Assembly: GCA_030704615.1 (NCBI GenBank)
Contig: CM060732.1
Coordinates: 30,628,001 to 30,692,000 of the forward strand
Reading direction: 5' to 3'
From: Takakia lepidozioides
Taxonomy: Eukaryota > Plantae > Bryophyta
Length of the DNA stretch: 64,000 bases
Shown: one piece after another, positions 1 through 11,469 of the stretch
How the letters are laid out: every line of letters starts with the position of its first letter
Position numbering within the stretch: the stretch's first letter is position 1
Position numbers and translations under genes: made by a program
The notes under the pieces: model-generated
What the model was told of the DNA's origin: nothing
Database searches by the model: none
What the model saw: only the letters and a program-made list of their open reading frames with translations

Positions 1-1790
1 CATGGGGGAGATAACATGAAACTCTGTTGACGAGCAATGGCCTCCGCATAGTCGGGTAGGATGTATGAACATAGAGGGCTGCACCACAAGTCACTATGAA
101 TAAAAGAGACGTCGACCAAAGGAATAGCTTCCAATATCTTGCCATCCAAAGAACCACAATTGCATTAGCCACCATTAATGGGAAAGGGGGGGCCATTTTT
201 CGCGGGAGAAATCGGATGCTTACAGAAAACAACTTACTCACATGCGAAATCGTCGTCCAAGACTTTGTCGTCCCCTTCGTTGATTTCCACATGCACTATA
301 CCCTCCTGTTGTTGGGCGGCAGACGCCGGCGCTGGCGCTTCCAAGTTATGGAGGAGGTCATTGAAAATGTCCGCATCCCCTTCCATACCAAACAAATGCC
401 TGCCCGCTGCCTTGCAAGCATGGTACGAAGCTCCTGCAAGACAGAGTACTCTTAGGACACATACTAACAAATTTTGCACCAAGAAGAAAACACTGCAGCA
501 GGTTTGGGGTGAAACCTGTGCCAAGAGTGAGGTCCACTATACACGCCCCCGGATGGGAACAAGTCTCCACAATTGTTTGAATAAATGTTGGGCTCTTCTC
601 CTTGGCCCCTCTCCATGGTGTGGAGTTGGACTTTCGCAAGCACACATTGGAATCCACGTAATTGTAGTGCATGTCGTCCACCCCTGGACCGAACTTATCG
701 TTGATGAAAGAACCTCCCCCATGAAGCCTGAACTCCTTCACTGCTGTGGGAGTTGAAGTAGGGTGCACTCTGACGAGGCAAACGGCCTAAAAAAGGCAGG
801 TCTACACACAAGACAACATGAAGCACATATTAGTGAATCCAAAAAAATCCATCTGGAAAGAACAGTGCTTGAAACCTCCGAAAATGAGTGCGTTGACGCA
901 CTCATTTCTGCAGGGGTGAAATGGAACTTCAAATGAAGCAGGTAAGAGAAAGTTGATTACCATTTGTCCGGGACAGTCGCCATTTGTCAAGTACAGGCTG
1001 TTCACACCATTCCACGTTTTGATGATTTTCATCTCCGAGGCCTTGAGGTAGCTTGCAAGCTCCCGGTGACATTTCGTATTGACTGACTGGATCATTACAA
1101 GAACCCCTGCATCCGATAAAAAAAAATTGCAAAATGAAAATACCCACCGCCAGTACCTCTCATCAAATGCATTCCATGTTGGGCAAGTGCCTGTGGGTAA
1201 AATGTCCGGTACTGGCAGCCCATCCGGAATGTCCTCCACCACAGCAAAACCATCATCTTCAACTGCGGCACTGAAAGGACAAGGTTCTTCAGTATACTGA
1301 AACTCGGCGAAGGCCACGTCATTAGGAGAAGCCATGTGGTGAAGATACGATGGTGAGTACCAATACAACTGTGCGACATGGACAGTTAAAAACCTTTCGG
1401 AGGCGATTGCAAAACCCCAAAAGTGTTTTGCTAAGGCAAGAGGCAGTTGTACAATTGGCCCCACACATCAAACCAATAACGGTCAAGGGTATTGAACTAC
1501 ACCGCCAGGGCAGTTGCCAAATTGATGGAGAAGGGAACAAAACTGTTTATTTTGTCAGTGTCACACCAACGGGAAAAGCGACGCGCCGTCTTGGATATGG
1601 CAATCCAATGTGTGTTGTACGGCGTTCCACAACGTGAAACCGGACAGTGCATTGAGTGCCGAACCCGGGCAATATCCGCGTTCTTGACGTTATGTATGTT
1701 TCTTTCGGAAGAAGGCAAAATCCGTGTTCGATAGGGCGATGATATGTCTCATGTGCGCAATATTTCATCCAAATCACCAAACATCCACAT
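1..1790 (-). pseudogene. Beta-class amino (N6-adenine/N4-cytosine) DNA methyltransferase-like gene, copy 1 (short form); spliced, with nonsense mutations; runs off the window start
   Basis: Exon ending at 961: VVEDIPDG...WNAFDERYWRWVFSFCNFFLSDAGVLVMI (motif IV-VI-like). Exon ~801-518: EKSPTFIQTIVETCSHPGACIVDLTLGT (KP..LI..S.PG..VLDPF.GSG-like). Exon ~434-237: GASYHACKAAGRHLFGMEGD (GTT..A...GR..IG.E-like). GT-AG introns; in-frame TAG near 789 where copy 2 has GAG. Exon at 1-190 (SPLCSYILPDYA) matches 5724-5950. Confidence 0.75.
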
Positions 1791-2058
1791 TTGAAGAAAA
1801 CGGCCTTATTGATGGGCAATAGGGGCCGCACACTAAAACCGCATCAGTGAGAGCGATCAATTTGGGGGGTTAGAAGGTAGACACGCACGTCCTTAACCAC
1901 ATGCATAACTGACGGCTTAAGAGGGTTTCTTACTTTCTCTATTGTTGTTAGTCAAGCTGGAGAGCTGCGGGAGTGAAAGAGAAGACATAGGAAGAAGACG
2001 TAGAAGGCAGTCCCTTTACTTCACAAGTGCGAGAGAGAGGAAAAACGCACAAGTCAGA

Positions 2059-2305
2059 ATGAAAAAGTTGCGCAATCTGCCTGATGAGCAGGTTGCACAG
2101 AATACGTCCATCCAGGAGTCACCACAGATGACAGAGGAGGTCCAGCCTCAAATGGAGGGAAGAAAGGAAGGGCAGGGATGTGCCCCGGAGACCATTGTGC
2201 ATGACATGGACATCGACACCCCGTCGGTGAGAAAGAAACGCACCAAAGGAGGCGGTGAGGACGCAGCAAGAAGAGGCCATCGGGAAGTGGTGTCATGAAA
2301 CCCAA
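2059..2305 (+). pseudogene. Probable first exon of the ParB-like/MTase gene, separated from the rest by an inversion
   Basis: Charged low-complexity ORF MKKLRNLPDEQ...VRKKRTKGG with a possible donor AAG|GTGATC at 2306. Acceptor TGTAG at ~3819 is followed by a short coding stub ending at the inversion breakpoint ~3862. The link to the gene is inferred. Confidence 0.4.
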
Positions 2306-2380
2306 GGTGATCCTTCTCCCAATCTGCATGAATCTCGCTTGACTGTCGTACCAAGTAGACAGGATATGAGAGATCCCTTG

Positions 2381-3811
2381 AAAATTGGGTGCGGCAGCGC
2401 ACTCAGTTTTGAGGGGAGCTCTATCACTTCCATTGTGGGCCGAGGTGAATACGTAAGTCTTAGAGGCACCAGGATCTGCAATGGAAGCCTGAGAGGGACA
2501 CGAGGAAACTGAGTGTGGTGGCGCACTCATTTTCACATGGATGCTAGGAGATCGCTTGGGCATTAGGGAAAGAGGAAGGTGATGTTCGCAGTTTAGGTCC
2601 GAGAGACAGTGGAGTGGTCACCCAGAACTGAGTGCGGCCACCGCACTCAATTTTGAGCACCATGGAAATCATTGAGTTGCTATTGAATGAGGTGAACGGT
2701 AGATAGAAAGTGTGTTTATTCCATAGTGAGATCTCTTATGAGTTCTAAGAATCACATTAAGTCTAACCTGGAAACTGAGAGCTGGGCACACATAGTTCTC
2801 ACGTGTGATTGACATCTTTTTGACAGACGTGAAGACCCCATGAACTCAAACAGAAGTAAGTAGGCAGACAAATGAAGGGCTCCCAGAACTGAGTGGCGCC
2901 ACCGCACTTAGTTCGGAGCACCATAGAATGGTCAGTTTGCTTATGAGAGAGGTGAACTACGATAGTTAGAAAGTGGGTTTCATTCAAAGTGAGATCTCTT
3001 TTGAGTTTTCAGATAGACAGAAACGATAACCTGAAACTGAGTGCGTCGGTGGCGCACTCAGTTCTGAGGTGAGGTCAACCATGGACATGGACAGAGGTAA
3101 AGACCCTGGTGTGCTCGCACCAGATTGAGGAGACAAAGTGGAGGGCTCCCAGAAATGAGTCTGCCAACGCACTCAGTTCTCCCCTGAGGTTAACCATGTA
3201 CGTGAACAGAGGTAAAGACCCTGGTGTGCCGCAACAGAAAGCAGGCAGACAAAGTGGAGGGCTCCCAGGAAGATGAGTGCGCCGGCGCACGCAGTTTTTT
3301 GAGCACCTGTAAGATGGTTGATTTGATGATGTCTGAGTGAACTATAAGGTGCAAATGAGTGGAAATTGGAAAGCATTCTTTTTTCGTATGGGAAAAAAAT
3401 CAGAACACCCTGGACATGAGTGTGGTGGCGCACTCAGTTTTAACAGGTGGACCTCCAGCAGAATATTGAAGACCGTAGATAGGTCGAGTTGATTTTGGAA
3501 TCCGGTTTTTAGCTGAATATACATTGTATTGTTTTGCGGTGGTGGCGCACTCAGTTTCGCCTCTAGAATGAAGCACACAATGTGGAAGAAGAAGGACAAA
3601 GGAGCCATTGACTGTGTGAGATGGAGTTGTTGCCTGCAATGAACATGATGTTCATAGATTGTCATGGAAGGTGTCAAAAAATGAGTGCCCCACCGCACTC
3701 AATTCCGGTTGACAGGAAATGAGGGTTTATTATGTGGTTTGGAGAACTGGATGTTTGTCTGTTCGATCCTTTGTCAGTGCTCGAAAGTGAGTGCCGCCAC
3801 CGCACTCAATT
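2381..3811. repeat. Array of ~12 palindromes AAC/ATGAGTGCG-N(4-8)-CGCACTCAGTT spaced ~107-148 bp apart
   Basis: Copies start at ~2381, 2505, 2624, 2771 (degenerate), 2885, 3033, 3151, 3271, 3414, 3534 (half), 3677 and 3784. Further intronic copies lie at 882-907 (perfect 12-bp arms), ~6232, ~7919 and ~8059. Confidence 0.9.
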
Positions 3812-3862
3812 CTTGTAGGTGCCAGATCAGGAAAATGGAGCTGTGGAATGAAGGAAAGGCTT

Positions 3863-4290
3863 TGTGCATATCCTGCGATCATCCACGACACCACATTTCA
3901 ATCAGCCACATTGTCAAATACTCCCTTTGCATCCTCAATGCGACCACACATTTCGCATCCATACTGTTCACCAGGGCAGTGTCCAGAATGACATTTGGTA
4001 CAATTCCAGCTTTGATGATGTCACCATGCACCCTTTGCCCTTTTCCAGGGCTGCCAGGCTTGCACAAGCATTGCAAACGCACAGAAAACGTGATGTGGTT
4101 GTACTTTCACCCGTTCCCATCATTTGCTCATAGGTCTCAAGTGCCTCCCTTTTCCCCAGGCCTCCATCCCGCGTCCCTGTTGTGCATATCCTGCAAGCAT
4201 GACGTTCCATGACACCAAATCTTGATTAGCCATATTGTTGAACACTCCCTCCACATCCTCAATGCTCCCACATTTGGCATACTTCTAACA
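3863..4290 (-). pseudogene. PLS-class PPR fragment (5' part of the broken paralog whose 3' part starts at ~9950)
   Basis: Reverse complement is near-identical to the PLS repeats at 14.5-15.75 kb ([39 protein letters not shown], ends at AGYAQ); contains indels. Confidence 0.9.
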
Positions 4291-4291
4291 G

Positions 4292-4994
4292 ACACACATA
4301 ACATGAAGGCCACCACATTCCCTATTCCCCCCTCCCAACCCATTAATCTTCGCCTCTACCCTCGCTTAAACTCATCCCAACATGGGCTAGCATGCTCGCC
4401 CGCCCACCCGCCCCCCCTACCATACCTGTTCACACCGACCTCCGATATCCCAGACGGATCTCCCTCTCAGATACCCACCTGTCCACTCCCACTACACCGA
4501 CGGATCCCTCATCGCAGGTCCCAGGGCTGGGTATGGTATCTATCACGCCGCTACCAACCAAGGCACCTCCCTACATCTCCCTGGCCTGGCTACCATCCTC
4601 CGTGCCGAGCTCATGGCCATACATGATGCCCTCACCCAGCTCTCATCATTCCCCCCACCCCACTATATTTTTACCGATAGTCTCACATCACTCTTTCTCA
4701 TTCGTAATCACCTCCATCGGCCCTCATCTCACCACTACCACTCCTCGACCGGAACCGCTGCCATCGTTCATATAGCTATCTCCATAAACCAACCCATCCA
4801 TTTCCTTAAAGTTCGATCCACACCGGCATAAATGGCAACGAAATGGCTGACTTATTCGCCCAGCGAGGGGCCACCCAGCCCGAGGTGGACCCTACGTTGG
4901 ATCCTATCCATGTTGCCCACACCCACCCATTCTGGTTCATCCACCCCGTTCCAGGCCCTACGGAACCTCGCCCCATCCGCAACCTCTCAACCAC
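4292..4994 (+). mobile_element. Non-LTR retrotransposon (LINE) fragment with RNase H domain
   Basis: Frameshifted RNase H motifs: DGS (~4452), RAEL.AI, YIFTDSLTSL, FLKVRSHTGINGNEMADLFA. Confidence 0.8.
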
Positions 4995-5579
4995 CCTTAC
5001 TTGCGAAGCGGGGATGCTAGAGTGTGAGCCTAGCCACGTGAGCCCAGGACACGTGGCATGATTTTGGGAAAGATGCGGCGTCTATTTCCGTGGAAGAGGA
5101 TCCATTACCGCAGAAACACGTCTTCATCCATATTAACCCTGCAACCCCAAACATAAACCCTAACCCTTGTCAGCCTTAGGGACCCACCTCAACCCCGACA
5201 GTGAACCTCGTCATCCTGCCCCTGTGCATGATACTGCGCACTGACATCATCCATGGGACCATCCATGCATGCAACATTCATCCACAGTGTACATCCAATC
5301 GGGTTCATCATCCATCCAAAACATTCATCCTCCATCCATCCAACCAAATATTGCTGTGATGGCATATGTCGAATGACTGTCTACTGGACTATGCATATTC
5401 ATCTGTTGAAAAACTTTTATTGAATGCACACGGTTGAATTGGAGAGCAATGTTTAGAAGGAAAACACTTTCAAATTTGCAGGACGCGGGGGAGAGAATGT
5501 TTCAATTCAGGGATGTGAATTTCATTGTAGTCCGTACTCATTACAACGGATGGTGGGAAGAGAAATGGTGGTGCAACGG

Positions 5580-8500
5580 AAAACGGAGAGTGTGTCCCCT
5601 CATGTTCCATAAATGAATACCATCAAGTACATCCGTAGGTGGTGTCAACACTACTACTGCTACCTCATGAATCTGCTGAACTGCTAGAAGTACTGCTACC
5701 ACCTGAAACTGTTGCACTATCATCTATGAAGACCTTTGCGCGGAGGTGCCTGAGCGTCTTCCTGGAACTCCAACGCAAGGGTGGGGGAGAAAGCACAGCT
5801 GCTTGCACACGAGCAATGCCTTCCGCGCATAGTCGGGAAGGACATAATTAGGAGGTGGGCTCCAGCACAAGTCCCTCAAGTATATGGAAGACAGGGGCCA
5901 CGGGAGTGCGTTCACATTCCTGCAATCAGAAATGCACCATTTGGGTAACAATCAGACAACAGAAGGGGACGTGACAGAGCATATACATAGGGATCAAATA
6001 GACAGAAAATGAACTTACTCACATGAAAAGTCATTGTCCAGGTCCTTATCGTCTCCGTCGAGGATATCAATTTGCGCAGTGACATCCTTGACATTGGAGG
6101 TAGATGCGCCCCCTTGCAACTCGGCGAGGAGGCCAGTGAAAATAGCTGCGTTTCCTTCAATACCAAACAAGTGCCTACCACCTGCCTTGCAAGCATGGTA
6201 AGAAGTGCCAGAAAGAGACAGAATGAAGGAATTATTGAGTGCTTCAGCGCACTCAGTTATGGCGGTGACTTTGAACCCGTTCCATCCGGAATGGGTCTGC
6301 ATTCCCACCCAGATGTGCTATGAAACATTCCTCACTAATTATTGTCCTCTTCATCGCAGACCCGTCTATTTGAGGTCGTCTGTCTCGTGAGGGTACATCC
6401 ACTATCGACTCCCACCACAGTGGTGGAGTTCGAGCTTCATGGGGGAGGATGTTTCATAAACGAGAGGTTCAATCCTGTCGTCGACGACATGCACTACAAC
6501 TATGTCGACTCCAACGTATGTTTGCGAAAGCCAAATGGAACGCCTTGGAGAGGGGCCCGTGAAAAAAGCCCGGCTTTTATCCAAACGATCATTGAGAGTT
6601 GTTCTCGGCCAGGAGCCCGCATCATAGATCTCACTCTCGGCACATGTTTCTCTTCTTGCCTTTGTCATCGATTTCTTTTCTTCTGCACCTTCTTTACTCA
6701 ATATTCTAAAATTCAGGCAGTGCGAACAACATGACTTCATAACAGTCAGTACAGTGGAACTTCAACAGATAAGGCATAAAAACAAAGTATTTGAAACCAC
6801 CTTCTGCCCTGGGCAATCCCCCTTCGTCAGATATAGGCTGTTGACACAGTTCCAGGTCTTGATAATCCGCATCCCCGAGGCTTTCAAGTAGCTTGCCAGC
6901 TCCCGGCGACATCTCATCGTGACAGATTGTATGATAACAAGAACCCCTGCATCAGAAAGGATAAACTTGCAAAAGGAAAACATCCAACTCCAATACCTCT
7001 CGTCAAATTTGTTCCATGTTGGGCAGGTGTCACTGGGCAGAATATCCACAATAACCATCTCCGAAGCAAACGGTTTCTGTGCATCATTCACCCAAGATTC
7101 CTTCCTCCTCCATGCCTGCAAGCAATATAGCGTGTAAGAAGGGGAGGATGTTTTATAAGCGACATGTCTGATCCGAGTACAAAGAAAACAAAGAAAACAA
7201 AACTCAAACACATGCATGACAATTGCTTACCGATTGGAGAAAAGCACATAGCTTGTCCCACGTTTTGGATGGATCACCACTGTAACTTGACTTCCGTGTC
7301 TCCATCATGGCGAGGAACCCGTCGTTTACCAGCTCGCACATGCCCGGAAAAATGATTCTGGATGTGTGCTCCATTGCATCGTAGGGCTCTTTTAGACCCT
7401 TCTTCTTTCGGTCAGGCTTTTTGGCTGGGGGTGGGGTCTGCACTGGCCCCGGTTGCACCACAGACTCCTTCTCATTGTCATTTGGATTGTTTTTCTGCCC
7501 CTTTACCTTCCCTTTCCCCTTGTCCTTTCTACGCTTCACTGGCGTATTCTGTGCAAGAGGCTCTTTCTCAGCCAATATCCTCAAGTTTCTCTCGTGCAAC
7601 TCCTTCTCCATCAGAGGGGCCGAGGCCTCTGCATTCTCGTTTTGATTTCAGGTCACAAGCTCAGACCAAGGGCATCCAGACCATGGGATATCCATATACC
7701 AGCAGCAGTCTCGAAGATGCGAGGTCCCGTAATCCTTCAAAATCCTTGCAGTGTACATTGTCTGAGCGTTGGATGGGTCACACCATAGGTCAATAAAGTG
7801 CAGGTGTCGACTCAGGTTCTTGTCTGGAATGAGAACGTTCTTGATGTACCTACACAATCAAAACAAAGGGAATGTTAGTGAGTAGGGAAAGCGTGAGATA
7901 ACGGTTTAAGGACCCCTTGACTGTGTGCGCCAGCGCACTCAATTTTTGGTCTGTCCACCCAGGCCCTACTTACAAGCCAGGGCAGGTGTGATTCAGTAGA
8001 GGATCGGATGTTCGTATGTTGAATGAAAGCTTGGGAGACACAGAAGTGGCCACCCTTTTACTGAGTACGTCAGCACACACAGTTTTGGGACTATTTATTC
8101 AACAGAGCAGGGCTACAACGACATCGAAACTTCGTGAGACAGGAACGAAGGGTGGAAAAAGATTGTCAAGATGAACCTGTATAGAACCCTCTTCATGGCC
8201 TATTCTGATCCATGCTGCTGCTCGAAGTCGTTAGTGCGCGAGATGCCTCCCTCTTTGGCGAACTCCCTGAAGAAGCAAGTGCCGAAGCAAGCTGCTTTTC
8301 ACTGGCGGACGTAGTCTTCTAGAGTATCCGTTGGTGGAGTCATTGTTATCTTGTAATCGTTCAGCTGCTTCTCCAGCACCAGTTGTGCCCGAGCCTCTAT
8401 CTGCGCAAGAACAGTTTTACAATTCAGAGAAAAGATTTTTAAGAATAGTAAGTGACTTTTCCCGGTGCAATGCAGATTTACAGTGGAAATGGAAAGGGGA

Positions 8501-9954
8501 GAGGAAAAAACCTGTGCCCAGTACGTGGCTTTGTGCAGCCACATATCGAGAACATGGTCACTGAATTGCTTTATGACTCCTGTTTCCTTGTTCTTCTCAC
8601 TCTTCGGAAAGCAGTGGTTATCTTTCACTGTCGGGTCGGCGTTCCAAATCTCAAGCCATTTCACTTTCACCTCTAGCTCCACTACGGCAGTGGACAGGCG
8701 ATGAAGCTTCTCCTGCATCATTTCGGGCTTGGTGTTCACGTTCCAGTGGATCCTGACCTGATTCAAGAACTCTGGGCCAAAAGCAGGGTCGGCTATTCTG
8801 AGTTGTTTTACGAACGCGCTCATGTAGTACCTCTTCGCCACCTCCATCTCCTTGTTCATAGATTCTTCCATTCATTTTGAGGATCGCTCCCATGGGTCTT
8901 TTTTGGCATAGTACTCTGTTTCCCTTTCTCTCCAGCCTCCGCAATCTCTTGCTGAACATTCCAGTATACAACTTATTAGTCAACTGGTTTTATGAATGAA
9001 CAAGTAGACAGAGCTAGGGAAGGAATACTTATAGCGTACATGTAGTCACAGAAAGCCTCCCTGGTCAACTTGTACCATGTGTCGGCGGATTTGGAGGTCT
9101 CGCACTTCTTGTAAGCCTCAGCACTGATAAGGTTTTCGAAGGTGACCAGTGGCATTTGGCCCACCTTCTTTATCCTGAATAGAGTGTGGACCAAATTCGT
9201 CGTCACGTGTGCACTTTCGGTTCCCCTGCAATCCCACACAAACACTATAACTTCCTCCTTCACCAGGAAATACAAAACAGACAGAACAAATCGGAGAGTT
9301 CTGATGGCATGAAGGGTGAGCATTATACTTACTTGATGATGTCATGCATAGCCGTCAGAAGTGCTGTGACGTTTCCTTTCGGATCTAGCACCATAGACGC
9401 AACAAGGTAGTGCCAGTCCTCGTCTGTGCTGTGATATTTGTTTATGACGTTCATCCAGGCCATGAAGCGGTGATTGCCATCCCAGATATGAAACATTTTC
9501 CCGGAGAACACCTGTGTAGATAGTCTCCTCGAAATCTGGGCTTCGAACTCCTCGTTTATTTCTCGCCATATTGATCCCAACTTTTCACAATTGACTTGTC
9601 CACCAAGACCTCGTTTCCATTGGCATCGCACAAGGACACGTAAAACACGGGAGACCCCTCTATGTATCCGTGACTAAAATCTTGCTCCAACTTGGACACA
9701 TCCCCGGTCAGGGCAGGACGAACGATTGGCATTGATATTAGGCGGCAGAGAGGGATCATAATCTTGCCTCCAGGTACCTGCATAGACTTGATCACCTGCG
9801 CGGAATTGACCTTCTGGTACACGAGGACCTTTGCCGCTCGCTCTTCGTAGAAATGATCGTCTTCTTCAACAGGCTTCACAGTCACTGCCTCCTCCTGCTG
9901 CTGCTGCTTCTCAGGCTGCAATCCTTTTCTTTTCTTCCCCTGCACCTGCCACAA
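5580..9954 (-). pseudogene. ParB/sulfiredoxin-like domain plus beta-class amino DNA methyltransferase-like fusion gene, copy 2 (long form, multi-exon, decayed, one exon inverted)
   Basis: 9954-9330: IPLCRLISMPIVRP...VSKLEQDF..GY...FHIWDGNHRFMAW (ParB/Srx DGxHR signature). Helical exons at 9230-9030, 8965-8515, 8400-8180 and 7850-7230. MTase exons at ~7117-6801, 6360-6645 (now on + strand) and ~6210-6018, all paralogous to copy 1. Contains stops and frameshifts. Confidence 0.75.
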
Positions 9955-10668
9955 TTATCACCCGCATATGTGTTCTCTCTGCATATAGCCACACTGGCCT
10001 ACTGAATGAAGGAAGACGCTACTCCCCCCTGAGTCAAGATCATGGTGTTACCCTGCCAGTAAAGCACTTTGGATGCATGGTGGACCTTCTGGACGAGCAG
10101 GACAAGTACATGAGGCAGTGGACCTGATTAATATGCCAATCAATCCAGATGTAGTGGTGTGGAAGGCCTTGCTTGGTGCCTGTAGAATCCATGGCAATGT
10201 CGAGATGGCTGAATGTGTGGCAACATCTATCCTCAAGTGGGATGGGCAGGATGCCGCGACTTATGTGTTGCTATATCAAACATCTATGCTACAGCTGGCA
10301 GGTGGGATGATACTGCAAAGGTGAGAAGATGATGAAGGTCAGAGGGGTTAGAAAGGAGCCAGATGACAAGATGCATCCCAAAATTAAGGAAATCCATGCT
10401 GAGCTGAGAAGATTGTCTGGCCAGATGAAGGATGCGGGGTATGTGTCGGGCACACGTTTTTTATTGCATGATGTGGAGGAAAGGAATTTTCTCTTTGCCA
10501 CCAAGGCCATTGGTTTTGGGCTGATCAGCACGACTCGTCAAGAATCTTCGAGTGTGTGGAGACTGCCACACCTCCACCAAATTCAAAGATTGTTGGCCGA
10601 GCAATTGTTGTATGGGACACTTTCCACCACTTTGAAACTAGGATTTGTTCTTGTGGTGATTACTGGTG
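9950..10668 (+). pseudogene. PPR L2-S2-E1-E2-DYW pseudogene (3' half of paralog); 3' flank also duplicated to ~11250
   Basis: Colinear with 15815-17175, with deletions (PG box, HSE region) and frameshifts; ends TGTTCTTGTGGTGATTACTGGTGA (CSCGDYW*). Confidence 0.9.
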
Positions 10669-11469
10669 AAAGGATGTTTTCTTGGAAAGATGCTAAAGTC
10701 TTGCTTCATTCATTGATCCGTGTACCCTACTCAGACCATCCACCATTTCCTGAGAGTACTGACCATCATGTACTGTTGAGTGCAAGATGCAAGTGTCTCG
10801 CTTCATTCATTGATCTATGTAGCTACTCTGACCATCCACCATTTCCTGATAGTGGGGTCTACCCGGCATAGGTGGGAAATCAGCCCACAATTGCACTTGA
10901 CTGAAGGGGTGATTTTTGACTGATTCCGGCGACAGTGGATGGAAATCAGAGTGCTGTCCTAATTCTGGGTTTGGGTGGTGGAGCTTCTCCAAAGCTTGAA
11001 GATGGAAGTGAATACGAATTTTAAAGAGCTTGATGAGAGGGGCAACCCTATGCACAAGTTTGCTCAACATCTTGAATTTAGACATGTTTGTTTGTTTCTC
11101 GTGGTGTGGCTTTGGATGGAGCCCTTGACGAACTTGCATGAATATTGTCAAAAGCTAGCCTTAACCCACCAAGATCCAATCCCATGGTGGATGCTTGAAA
11201 CTTCATACAGTGAATGTAAGGGTATTTGGGTATGTTGTTATTGGTTGATGTGGCTTGTGAAAATTGAACATTGAAATGCAAATCCGCCATTTTTCTTCCA
11301 GAAAAAAACAAAACACAGGATCTCTGCATGTAACACCGTGGGGATGACCCACCCTTTTTTTGTGAAAAATTGAACGTAGTTCTCAGAATTCGTGGCTAGT
11401 AGTGCGGAGCAACGCCAAGCCCTAGTTCCAGTATGTAATCCAAGTCGTTCAAAAAATAAAATTAGCCAA

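Noticed and set aside
2381-3811. CRISPR array (palindromic repeats with spacers)
   Set aside because: Spacers are 80-120 bp and partly homologous to each other (2624-2770 vs 2885-3030; 3064-3150 vs 3180-3270), the repeats are degenerate, there are no cas genes, and the context is a eukaryotic intron.
1-9954. Bacterial or phage contamination explaining the ParB/MTase genes
   Set aside because: The genes have spliceosomal GT-AG introns conserved between paralogs and are physically interleaved with plant PPR and LINE sequence.
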